From the NCBI GenBank assembly GCA_029980465.1, contig JARYIJ010000001.1, forward strand, positions 1,821,749 through 1,885,748: 64,000 bases of DNA, in the 5' to 3' direction. The DNA is from Pseudolabrys sp. GTDB taxonomy: Bacteria > Pseudomonadota > Alphaproteobacteria > Rhizobiales > Xanthobacteraceae. Positions 38,777 to 47,665 of the stretch are shown piece by piece (positions within the stretch are counted from its first letter, which is position 1; every line of letters begins with the position of its first letter). Made by a program: the position numbers and the translations under genes. Below the pieces are notes generated by a model that saw only the letters and a program-made list of their open reading frames with translations, did no database searches and had not been told where the DNA came from.

Positions 38777-39805
38777 GTGTCCCTCCATCAAATCACCCTG
38801 GTGTTCGAGGACGGCGTTGCCGCGGTGGTGACCGCCAACGAAATCGAAAGCGTCTATCAGGCGGCGCTGCGGCAGAACGTGCAGATCCAGACTGACTGCC
38901 GCGAGGGCGCCTGCGCCACCTGCATCGGGCACTGCACGTCGGGCCGCTATGAACTGATGGAGTTTACCGACGAAGCGCTGCCGCCCGAGGAGCAGGCCAA
39001 GGGCGCGGTGCTGACCTGTCGCATGCAGGCCAAATCGGATTGCGTGGTCACGCTGCCTTATCCGGCAGCGGCGATCCGCATGGCGGCGCAGAAGCCGGTG
39101 GCGGTGCGGGTCGCCGGCGTCGAGACGGTGGCGGAGAATGTGCGCCGTCTTGTCGTCACCCAGATCGAGGGACAGCCGCTCCGCTTCCTGCCCGGCCAGT
39201 ACGTCAATATTGCCATCCCCGGCAGCGGCTTCACCCGCTCCTATTCCTTCGCCAACGCCCCGGGCGGCCGCGACTACGAGTTCTTCGTGCGCAAGCTGCC
39301 GGCCGGGCTGATGAGCGACTGGATCGACCAGCCGGCGGTGATCGGCGCCGAGACCATGCTGAGCGCGCCGCTCGGCCAGTTCTTCTTGCGCAAGGCGGAC
39401 CGCCCGCTGGTGATGGTTGCAGGCGGCACCGGGCTGGCGCCGATGCTCAGCATGCTCAGCCATCTCGCGACGGCCGAGGCGAAGCCACCCAGGATCACCC
39501 TGCTCTATGGCGTTAACCGCGCCGGCGAGGCCTTTGGCGCCGAGCGTCTCGCCGCGCTGGCGCAGACGCTGCCGATCGAGGTCCGCCGCGCGGCCATCGA
39601 CGTCGGCGCGGCCTGGGACGAGCGCGTGGGCCTGGTCACCGACCTGCTGACGCCCGACCTGGTGGCCGCGAGCGCCGACGTGTATCTCTGCGGCCCGCCG
39701 GCCATGGTCACCACGGCGCGGCAATGGCTGGACGAGAACAGCCAATCGGGCGATCGTATCTTCGCGGAGCGCTTCCTGGCCGCGGCCGACGCCAAGGCCG
39801 CTTAG
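38777..39805 (+). CDS. Oxygenase reductase: plant-type [2Fe-2S] ferredoxin fused to FNR-like FAD/NAD domain (BenC-type)
   Basis: 342 aa. Contains CREGACATC...C, RSYSF and GGTGLAP. Confidence 0.85.
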   Translation: MSLHQITLVFEDGVAAVVTANEIESVYQAALRQNVQIQTDCREGACATCIGHCTSGRYELMEFTDEALPPEEQAKGAVLTCRMQAKSDCVVTLPYPAAAIRMAAQKPVAVRVAGVETVAENVRRLVVTQIEGQPLRFLPGQYVNIAIPGSGFTRSYSFANAPGGRDYEFFVRKLPAGLMSDWIDQPAVIGAETMLSAPLGQFFLRKADRPLVMVAGGTGLAPMLSMLSHLATAEAKPPRITLLYGVNRAGEAFGAERLAALAQTLPIEVRRAAIDVGAAWDERVGLVTDLLTPDLVAASADVYLCGPPAMVTTARQWLDENSQSGDRIFAERFLAAADAKAA

Positions 39806-39840
39806 CCGCCCCGAGCGGGGCGAGATGTGAGATTCGAACG

Positions 39841-40707
39841 ATGCCTGTGATCGACCAGTTGCGCTATGTGTGGTTCGAGACGCCTGACTTCGCCAGCGCC
39901 TGCACTTATGCGTCCGACGTGATCGGGCTTGAATGCGGCCAGCGCGGCGCCGACGCCGCCTATTTCCGCTCCGACGACCGCGCTTACTCGCTGGCCTTCC
40001 AGCGCAGCGACCGGGTGTTGGCCAGCGTCGGTCTCGAGGTGCGCGAGGCCGCCGTGCTCGACCGGATCGCTCAGACACTGGGCGAGCGCGGCATGAAGAG
40101 CCAGCGCGGCGACGGCGCCTTGCGCGCGCTGCGCCGGGTGAAGGATATCCTCCAGGTCAGCGATCCGAGCGACAATGCCATCGAGCTGGTCGTGCGTCCC
40201 GAGCACAAGGGACGCCGCTGTTTCCCCAGCCGCGACGCCGGCATCACTGGCTTCTCCGGGGTAAGCTTCGATTCGACCAACCCGGAGAAGGACGCCGCCT
40301 GGTGGTGCGAGGTGCTCGGCGCCCGCATCAGCGACTATGTGGGCGACGCGGTATTCCTGCGGCTCGACGACCTGCATCATCGCATCGCGCTCTATCCGGC
40401 GCGCGCGCCGCGGCTGACCTCGCTTTCCTTCGAGGTCGAAGACTTCAACAACATCATGCAGAGCTGGTACTTCCTCACCGACCGTCAGGTTCGCATCATC
40501 CAGGGACCCGGCCGGCAGCCGTTCTCCGGCCAGATCTTCGTGAAATTCGAAGGCCCCAACGGCTTGGTGTTCGGCTACACGCACGGCATGGACCGGATCG
40601 TCAATGCCGAGAAATGGCGTCCGCGGCAGTTCGCGGCGGCGGCGACCTCGGCCTGCATGTGGGGGACCGAGCCGCCGGAAGCCACTTTCCGTTTGAGCTT
40701 GCAATAG
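39841..40707 (+). CDS. Extradiol ring-cleavage dioxygenase (VOC family), copy 1
   Basis: 288 aa from MPVIDQLRYV. Two glyoxalase-like modules. Confidence 0.75.
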   Translation: MPVIDQLRYVWFETPDFASACTYASDVIGLECGQRGADAAYFRSDDRAYSLAFQRSDRVLASVGLEVREAAVLDRIAQTLGERGMKSQRGDGALRALRRVKDILQVSDPSDNAIELVVRPEHKGRRCFPSRDAGITGFSGVSFDSTNPEKDAAWWCEVLGARISDYVGDAVFLRLDDLHHRIALYPARAPRLTSLSFEVEDFNNIMQSWYFLTDRQVRIIQGPGRQPFSGQIFVKFEGPNGLVFGYTHGMDRIVNAEKWRPRQFAAAATSACMWGTEPPEATFRLSLQ

Positions 40708-40724
40708 ACCGAACGAGGGCACCG

Positions 40725-40904
40725 ATGCCGCTCATCCAGATTACCATTGTCGAAGGCCGGACCCCGGAGCAGAAAAAAGCCCTGGCCGAGAAGGTGACCG
40801 ACGCGGTGCAGGAGTCCATCGGAGCTCCACGCCAGGCGATTCGCATCGCGATCTACGAGATACCCACTGCGCATTGGTTCATCGCCGGCGTCCCCAGCGG
40901 ATGA
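40725..40904 (+). CDS. 4-oxalocrotonate tautomerase
   Basis: 59 aa starting MPLIQITIVEGRTPEQK (catalytic Pro1 signature). Confidence 0.85.
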   Translation: MPLIQITIVEGRTPEQKKALAEKVTDAVQESIGAPRQAIRIAIYEIPTAHWFIAGVPSG

Positions 40905-40935
40905 CGCCGGCCGAAACAAGCAGAAGGAATTCGCC

Positions 40936-41793
40936 ATGATCGAACTGAAAGACATCTGCTACGTCCGGCTCGGCACAGCGGATATCGGTCTGTGCGAGAA
41001 GTTCTCCACCGAAGTGCTCGGCCTCGACGTCGCCGAGCGCAGCCGCAAGGCGACCTATTTCCGCTCCAATCAGCGCGAGCACACGCTCTGCTATTTTGAA
41101 GGAGATCCGGCCGACCAGGCGGTGGGCTTCGAGGTCGAGGGCCATGACGAGTTGCGCGCGGCGGCGGCGACGCTGGAAAAGCTCGGCCACCCGGTGCACG
41201 AAGGCACGGCCTCGGAATGCGAAGCGCGCAAGGTGCGCGCCTTTATCCGCTTCCAGGACCCTACCGGCAACTCGATCGAGCTCGCGGTGCGGCCGGCCAT
41301 GGGCGGCGTACGCTATTTCGGCACGCGCGACGCCGGCATCACCGGCTTCAGCCATGTCGGGCTGTGCTCGAAGGACCCGGCGCGCGACGAGAAATTCTGG
41401 ACGCAGGTGTGCAATGCGCGCGTCAGCGACCGCATCGGCGACGTGCCGCTCATGCGCATCCACGAGGTGCACCACACCATCGCGCTGTTCCCGGCGAAGC
41501 GCTCGGGCATCCAGCACGTCAACCATCAGGTCGAGTCGTCGGACGACATCATGCGGTCTTACTGCCTGCTGAAGGAAAAGAACGTGCCGATCGTCTTCGG
41601 TCCCGGCCGGCATCCGACCTCGTCGGCGCGTTTCGTCTATTTCGAGGGACCGCAGGGGATGGTCTACGAATACTCGGTCGGCGTGCGCGAGATCACCGAC
41701 GAAGACGGCTATCGCGAACGGCAGTTCAATTTCGAGCCGCCGAGCCTGTGCATGTGGGGCTCTAAGCCCGACATCAAGGAATTCAAGAACTAG
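40936..41793 (+). CDS. Extradiol ring-cleavage dioxygenase (VOC family), copy 2
   Basis: 285 aa. Same architecture as 39841-40707 but clearly diverged. Confidence 0.75.
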   Translation: MIELKDICYVRLGTADIGLCEKFSTEVLGLDVAERSRKATYFRSNQREHTLCYFEGDPADQAVGFEVEGHDELRAAAATLEKLGHPVHEGTASECEARKVRAFIRFQDPTGNSIELAVRPAMGGVRYFGTRDAGITGFSHVGLCSKDPARDEKFWTQVCNARVSDRIGDVPLMRIHEVHHTIALFPAKRSGIQHVNHQVESSDDIMRSYCLLKEKNVPIVFGPGRHPTSSARFVYFEGPQGMVYEYSVGVREITDEDGYRERQFNFEPPSLCMWGSKPDIKEFKN

Positions 41794-41796
41794 CCC

Positions 41797-42471
41797 GTGC
41801 CGTCGCTCGACACGCTTCAGCTTCTGGTACGGCGGGCCGCCCGCGCGCTGGCGCGGCACGGCCTCGTGCACGCCTATGGCCATTGCAGCGCCCGTATCGA
41901 CGCGGGCTCGTTTCTCGTCTGCGCCGCGCAGCCGATGGGGCTCATCCGGCCGGGTGAAGCCGGCGCGGTGGTGCCGGTCGAGGGCGCGCTGCCCGACGGC
42001 GTGCTCGGCGAGGTGCGCATCCACCAGCAGATCTACAAGCGGCGGCCCGATGTGAACGGCATCGTGCGCAGCATGCCGATGAAGGCGATGACGCTGTCCA
42101 CGTTGGGTCTCACGCCGCGCCCGCGGCATGGCTTCGGCTCCTACTTCGCGCCGCAGCCGCCGCTGTGGGACGACCCGCTGCTGTTGCGCTCGGATGAACA
42201 GGCGGCGGCACTGGCCCATACGCTCGGCCCGGCACCGGCGATCCTGATGCGTGGCAATGGCGTCGTGACCGCGGCTGAGAGCCTGGAAAAGGCCGTCGTG
42301 CTGACCTGGTATCTGGAGGATACCGCCCGGGTGGAGCTGGAATGCCTCTCCGTCGAAGACGCACAGGCCGGGCGCATTCTCACGCCGGAGCAGTGCGCCG
42401 TGCGCGCGACCGGCCAGGGCCGCATCTTCGAGCGCATGTGGGATTATCTGACGGCCGGCGATCCGGAATAG
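41797..42471 (+). CDS. Class II aldolase/adducin-family protein
   Basis: 224 aa, GTG start. Contains HGLVHAYGHCSAR and RGNGVVTAAESLEKA. Confidence 0.7.
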   Translation: MPSLDTLQLLVRRAARALARHGLVHAYGHCSARIDAGSFLVCAAQPMGLIRPGEAGAVVPVEGALPDGVLGEVRIHQQIYKRRPDVNGIVRSMPMKAMTLSTLGLTPRPRHGFGSYFAPQPPLWDDPLLLRSDEQAAALAHTLGPAPAILMRGNGVVTAAESLEKAVVLTWYLEDTARVELECLSVEDAQAGRILTPEQCAVRATGQGRIFERMWDYLTAGDPE

Positions 42472-42493
42472 CGCGCGGGGCGCGCGCTGTGCC

Positions 42494-43225
42494 TCAGTCG
42501 AGCCAGACGCGGCGGATGTCGAGCAAGGTGCGCTCGATGTGCAGGCGATTGGCCGCGAGCGCGCGCTCGGTATCGCGGGCGAGAGTGGCATCGACAATGG
42601 CGCGATGCTCGGCATGGACGTCGCGCGTGATGCGCTCCTTGAGGCGGCCGAGCGCATAGCGGCGGTAGCGTTCGTGGTGGTCGTAGACCTGGTTGCGCAG
42701 CCGGTTGATCCAGGTCGAGCGTGAGGCCGACAGCAGTGCGTTGTGGAAATCGCGGTTGCGCTCTTCCCACGCGCCGAGGGGGGCGGTCTCGTCCTTGACG
42801 CGCTCCGATTCCAGGCGGTCGAGCCGATGGAATGCGGCAACGATACCGGCTTCCCAATCGTAATCGCCGAATCGGATCGAGCGCCGCAACGCCTCCGACT
42901 CGATCATGATGCGGGTTTCCGTGATGTCTTCAAGTTCGCCGAGGGTGAGGGGGGCGACGCGGAAGCCGCGCTGCGCCACGATCTGCACCAGCTCTTCCGT
43001 CGCCAGCCGCGACAACGCCTCGCGCAGCGGGGTCGGGCCGACCTGGTACATTCTTTTCAGGACCTCGATCTTCAATTTGGATGAAGGTTCGAGAACCCCG
43101 GACAGGATATCCCGGCGGATGTTACGGTAGGCCTGCTCGGACAGGGACTCCAACAGTCTTCCGTCCTCGGCGATAGATGAGGTATTGCCGTATGTAGCCT
43201 TGAGATCCGAGCTTTCGTCTACCAC
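42494..43225 (-). CDS. GntR-family transcriptional regulator (FadR-type)
   Basis: 243 aa. wHTH is LKIEVLKRMYQVGPTPLREALSRLATEELV. Confidence 0.85.
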   Translation of the reverse strand: MVDESSDLKATYGNTSSIAEDGRLLESLSEQAYRNIRRDILSGVLEPSSKLKIEVLKRMYQVGPTPLREALSRLATEELVQIVAQRGFRVAPLTLGELEDITETRIMIESEALRRSIRFGDYDWEAGIVAAFHRLDRLESERVKDETAPLGAWEERNRDFHNALLSASRSTWINRLRNQVYDHHERYRRYALGRLKERITRDVHAEHRAIVDATLARDTERALAANRLHIERTLLDIRRVWLD

Positions 43226-43418
43226 GGCTGTATTCCGTCCTCAGGTCGCCTTTTTGCCTAGAATCAGTGACCTCCCGAATCTAGGCACCTGCTGGTTGAG
43301 CGGCACGGCAGTGAAGCTGGCGAGCAGCAAAGCGAACGCCGCCGCGGCTGTGCCGCGCCTGCCTCTCGCCGATGCTGTCGTCTGTACCGAAGCCATGGCC
43401 CACACTACTCGTTTTTAC

Positions 43419-43772
43419 TTAATCGGCGAATTCGATCTGTTTGGGCGCTGCCGCGTCGATCATAGGGCCGCTGCGCTGTTCCAGCCACCCGCGGATGCGC
43501 GGGCGCCGGCCTTCCAGCCTTTTCGGTTCCAGGCCGGCCGCGGTGAAGGCCGGCTTGAGCCGCCGCGGAATGGTCACCGAGAAATCGCGGGTCCGGCGGC
43601 GCCCGAAATTCACATAGATTGTAGTCCCGCTCTCGCGCACAGACAGCACTTTGCCCTCCACCGGTGCTGATGGCTGTGAGCTTGCAGGGCGCCTGCGAGG
43701 CAGCGCCGCCGCGGCGAGCGCAAGCATCGCGGCCGTCAAGGCGAGGATCGGTAGGCGCCGGCGCCGTTGCAT
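43419..43772 (-). CDS. Secreted hypothetical protein (thermonuclease-associated OB-like C-terminal pattern)
   Basis: 117 aa with an N-terminal signal-like segment. The family assignment is weak. Confidence 0.45.
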   Translation of the reverse strand: MQRRRRLPILALTAAMLALAAAALPRRRPASSQPSAPVEGKVLSVRESGTTIYVNFGRRRTRDFSVTIPRRLKPAFTAAGLEPKRLEGRRPRIRGWLEQRSGPMIDAAAPKQIEFAD

Positions 43773-43939
43773 GCTCGATTGTCCGAACCCGCCGGCCGTT
43801 CCGTCAATACGGGGTAGCGGCCGGCGCTACGCTGCCTGGGAACGGGCGCTGTGGAAGGAGGTGGCGGCGCTATCGAGCGCCAAGGTGGACCAGCCAAATG
43901 TATACTCCCCGAAACCTTCCCATTTTTGGGAGCATCAAT

Positions 43940-44428
43940 ATGGCTCGCACCATCCGCGACGCTAGACTCGTCACACGGGCCGCCCGCTTGCGGCTTGGCA
44001 TCCGCACCGAGCCGTATTGGCGCACGCTGGAGAAGCGCCTTGCGCTTGGCTATCGGCGCCGCACCAACGGTGGCACGTGGTTCGCTCGGCGGCGGACCGC
44101 GAGCGGGAGCTATGTCGAGCATAAAATCGCGACCACGGACGATTTGCAGGCCGCTGACGGGGTGGCGGTGTTCGACTTTGGCCACGCCCAACGTGCGGCG
44201 CGGGAATGGTGGCTCGCCGAACGGCGGCGGGAGGAAGGCCACGACACTCGGATTGGTCCTTTCACAGTCGCCGACGCGGTTTCGGATTATCTCGAAACTT
44301 TGAAACATGGTGATGGCAAATATGGTGGTAAATCCGCCTACCAGACCCGTTGGGCGGCTGAGGTGCACATCTTACCAGCGCTCGGCGCGCTCCAAGTCGC
44401 CAAGCTGAAAGCAGGGCAGATCAAGTAA
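43940..44428 (+). pseudogene. N-terminal fragment of a tyrosine integrase (arm-binding/SAM-like region only)
   Basis: MARTIRDARLV...GGTWFARRRTASGSYVEHKI...VADAVSDYLE. The catalytic domain is absent. Ends at the junction with IS701-like sequence. Confidence 0.6.
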
Positions 44429-45315
44429 CACATGAGCGCTGCTGACCCCGAGCACGTAGCCTTTGCCCGCCCGACGTAGCTGCTGCTCGATATCGCCAAC
44501 ACCGTAGACGGTGTCACCAGCAACCCACTTGAACGGTACAGACGCAGCGATCGCGCGTGCGATCGTTCTCGTCGCAAGCTTTGGTTTGGTCGCAAAGCCG
44601 ACATCGGCAGGCACATAGGCAGCTTCCAGACGATCCGGATCGTCGGTCCATTCCTTCGGAAGATACAGCGCACGATCGATGAATGCATGACCGTGGCGCG
44701 AAACATAGGCCGCGAAGACCCCGATCTGACAGTTCGTGATCTTACCCGCCGAACCAGTGTATTGCCGCGCCACTCCGCACGATGCCTTGCCCTGCTTGAG
44801 AAAGCCGGTCTCGTCGATCACGAGGACCGCATCGTCATCCGCCAAATGCTCGATGACATAATCGCGTACGATATCGCGTAGGGCATCCGCATCCCAATCG
44901 CTGCGACCCAGGATCGCCTGCTGACGCCATGGGCCGGGATCGCCAGCCGCCTCCGCGCGCATCCAACCGGTCTTGCGCTGCTAATCTCCGAGCAGGCCTT
45001 CCAGGAACAGACCTGCATTCGTTGCAACTCGCTCTTGCCCGAACAACGGACGTATCCGCTTCTTGATCTCCCGAAGCGACGCCGCCCACAACGCAAGCGT
45101 CTCTTCTATCGACGCTGCCCGCGTCCACGATCTTCGAATCATGTTGCCTATGGATTCAGAACTCCGTAAGAACAGCAACTGTAATGCTAGGATGCCAAAT
45201 GGAGTTGCGAAAAATTCCGCTGTCTTTTCAATTGATCGATTGTATCCCAGTCGCACTCCCATGTGGAAGATTGGGCACTCCGAATTCGGAGAATGTTAGT
45301 TTCCAGTTCCTGTCG
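44429..45315 (-). mobile_element. IS701-family insertion sequence remnant (transposase frameshifted and 3'-truncated)
   Basis: ORFs 44981-45262 and 44372-44962 together read as one transposase (LVIDETGFLKQGKASCGVARQYTGSAGKITNCQIGVF), with a frame break near 44965. The C-terminal third is missing. Confidence 0.75.
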
Positions 45316-45681
45316 CTCCGCCACTCCTGACGCGACCAACATTCTCTGCCGGGATTTCTCGCGGTGAAATCGCCAATAACGGCGGCCCTTCGCGCGAAAC
45401 CTCCGCACTGTGGTGAGCCCGTCGGGGCCCGAAATTCTGTCTCTCGGCCCGTTTGTCTCCAAACCTCCGCACTTCGCGGATTTAGTGCGGTTCTCGTAAG
45501 CAACTGATTTTGAAACTCTTTTCGCGACACCAACCTCCGCACTTTGCAGAGATATCGCGGGGTAGCGAGAGAGTCTGGGAGCGAACGCCGATGTTGATTT
45601 TGCGAGCGTTTGTCAGTCTCGGAGGATGGACCGGAACCGAGCGCATTGAATGCTCAGTCCGCCGCGGGTTACCTGCCCGTA
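45316..45681 (-). repeat. 366-bp repeat R, left copy (inverted relative to 58907-59272)
   Basis: All three shadow ORFs crossing the two copies translate identically, so the copies are 100% identical over 366 bp. Confidence 0.9.
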
Positions 45682-45723
45682 GACGTCGCGAGCTGATGCC
45701 AGAACCCGAGGTGGAGGACAACG

Positions 45724-46797
45724 TTGACTCGTCCGTTGACGCGCCTTTGGCGGACGCTGGAGGAGCTTCCACAGAGAGCAGCCGAAAGACTGGAATGGCG
45801 CCTACGCCTGGCTGACGAGTTGCTCGTGGCGGCGCGCCTTCTCCGTAGCACCGGTCGGCTGGTGCACGCCGTCGCTTGCCCGAGTCCTGGAGGAGATGGA
45901 TGCCCACGAAAGATTGTGCATCACGGTGATGGCCGTATCGTTGCGGTCTGTGGCGATCGACCTCAGCGGTGCGAGAGGCTAGACCTGCATCCAGATGATA
46001 TCGAAGTGCTGGAGCTCGATGAGCAAATCCTTTGCCGTGAACTGCGCCGGGTGCTTGCCCTCGATGAGCCACATATCCCCACAGCTCTGACGAAACTTGC
46101 TCACGTCGGTACGATTCCCGCCCGGGCGGGGCTTGGACTCCCAGTGCTTATTGGGTTTCCAAGCATGGATGTACCGATCTCGGCTCACGATATTCCGACT
46201 CTATCGGTGGGGGAGATACCGGGTCTAGTTCTCACCCCGACCGGCAGCTTTGTCGATGTCCTGCCGGGCGGCTGGTCCTCCCTGTCTCTCGGGCAACTCC
46301 TTGGAGCGGATGACAGCCGACACATCGTGGCACAGGAAGCGGCGCCTGCACTAATCGATGAGTTGAAAGCGAAGGCGATGGCCACGTCCACGTTTCCGCA
46401 CGACGTGATTTGGCGACTTCCACCGGACGCCCGCTGGGAAGAGATGGCGTTCGAATTCACGGCGAGCGATGCTCTCAACATCCGCTTTCGCGGGGAGAGC
46501 CGGAGTTTTGACTCTCAACAACTCGACATGAAGCGGAATAGGACTGGCAAGCCAACGAGCCAGTGGAAGCTCCTCCAAGGGTTCGCCGAAAATGGCGGTG
46601 AGATTTCTTGGTCCAGCCCCGGGGCCAATCCGACAGTCAAGAAGCAGAAGCAACTGCTTTCGGACAAGCTGATCAAAGCCTTCGGGATCGCCGACGATCC
46701 GATCAATTGGGTCAAGCGTTCCAATACCTATCGAACAAAATTCAAGATAAGTGGAACACCCTTGGGCTTTCGCCATGCCCAGGACGCTCGCCGGTGA
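45724..46797 (+). CDS. Hypothetical protein orfB2 (homolog of orfB1, Cys-rich segment)
   Basis: 357 aa with a TTG start preceded by GAGGTGGAGGA. Contains CPSPGGDGCPRKIVHHGDGRIVAVCGDRPQRCE. Confidence 0.7.
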   Translation: MTRPLTRLWRTLEELPQRAAERLEWRLRLADELLVAARLLRSTGRLVHAVACPSPGGDGCPRKIVHHGDGRIVAVCGDRPQRCERLDLHPDDIEVLELDEQILCRELRRVLALDEPHIPTALTKLAHVGTIPARAGLGLPVLIGFPSMDVPISAHDIPTLSVGEIPGLVLTPTGSFVDVLPGGWSSLSLGQLLGADDSRHIVAQEAAPALIDELKAKAMATSTFPHDVIWRLPPDARWEEMAFEFTASDALNIRFRGESRSFDSQQLDMKRNRTGKPTSQWKLLQGFAENGGEISWSSPGANPTVKKQKQLLSDKLIKAFGIADDPINWVKRSNTYRTKFKISGTPLGFRHAQDARR

Positions 46798-46981
46798 AAT
46801 TCACCGGGGAAATTACGTCTCACGCAGAAAAAATCTTTAGCGCCTAATCGATTGAATTCATTGGTACGGCAGGCAGCCAGTTCCATCTGACAGCCGGCTT
46901 TTTCGTCTCTCTCAGCGAAGTTTCGCGAGTGGCGAGTGATCGGGCCCAGAGCCCGCCACTCGGACCATTGGCGAAACCCCT

Positions 46982-47146
46982 ATGGAGACCAGCAATCGAG
47001 ACGGCGGCATCGACCGCCGCGTCATGCGCAACATACGGTTCAATGCTCGCCGCCTGGCGTGCGGCCACACTGTCCCTGGAATGGAGGTCGAAGATTACGA
47101 GCAGGACCTCGTTGCTGATCGGGGCTGCTCCGGGCCGGCCAGGTGA
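46982..47146 (+). pseudogene. Sigma-like gene remnant (first ~44 codons) fused to helicase-derived sequence
   Basis: METSNRDGGIDRRVMRNIRFNARRLA...EDYEQDLVAD matches 9020-9150. Homology jumps to the helicase gene at about 47117. Confidence 0.75.
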
Positions 47147-47658
47147 TCTGCGGGCGCAACGCAACGCGCATGCAGCTCAACCTCGCCATGAAGCAGGCCG
47201 CAGGCTTCGCTGCTTCCTATCCGACCGGGGCCGGCGAGAAGCTGATCTGTCTGCGCAATCGCAACGACATCGGCCTGGTCAACGGCATGTTCGTCACCCT
47301 CGACGAGATCGAGGAGGACGGCGACGAGATCGCCTTCAAGGCCGCGATCACCACCGAGGATGGGCAGAAGGTCGGGGGCGAGACCAACGACAAGCGCGAG
47401 CGCTTCCGCATCTATCGCGGCCACTTCGACGACCATCTCTCGCCCGATCCCGATCGGGACCGGCGCGACCATCATAAGAAGCGCACCCTGATCGAGTGCG
47501 TCTGGGGCTGGGCCATCACCTGTCACAAGTCGCAGGGCTCCCAGTTCGAGAACGTCGTGGTGTTCGACGACGGGCTCGGGCGCACGCCGCAGGATCGCGC
47601 GCGCTGGCTCTACACCGCCATCACCCGCGCCGAGCGCGGGCTGGTGCTGCTCGATTGA
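47117..47658 (+). pseudogene. 3' fragment of the RecD-like helicase gene (copy 2)
   Basis: Matches 14060-14580 (QVICGRNATR...ITCHKSQGSQFENVVV). Walker motifs are lost. Confidence 0.8.
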
Positions 47659-47665
47659 GGCGCCA

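Noticed and set aside
38240-42840. Long minus-strand ORFs 38240-40078 (612 aa) and 40879-42840 (653 aa).
   Set aside because: Same shadow-ORF artefact, opposite the reductase, dioxygenase and aldolase genes. Low-complexity Arg-rich translations.
43773-43939. Search for a tRNA gene or att core next to the integrase fragment.
   Set aside because: No cloverleaf-compatible sequence or flanking direct repeat could be recognised by eye. tRNAscan would be needed to be certain.
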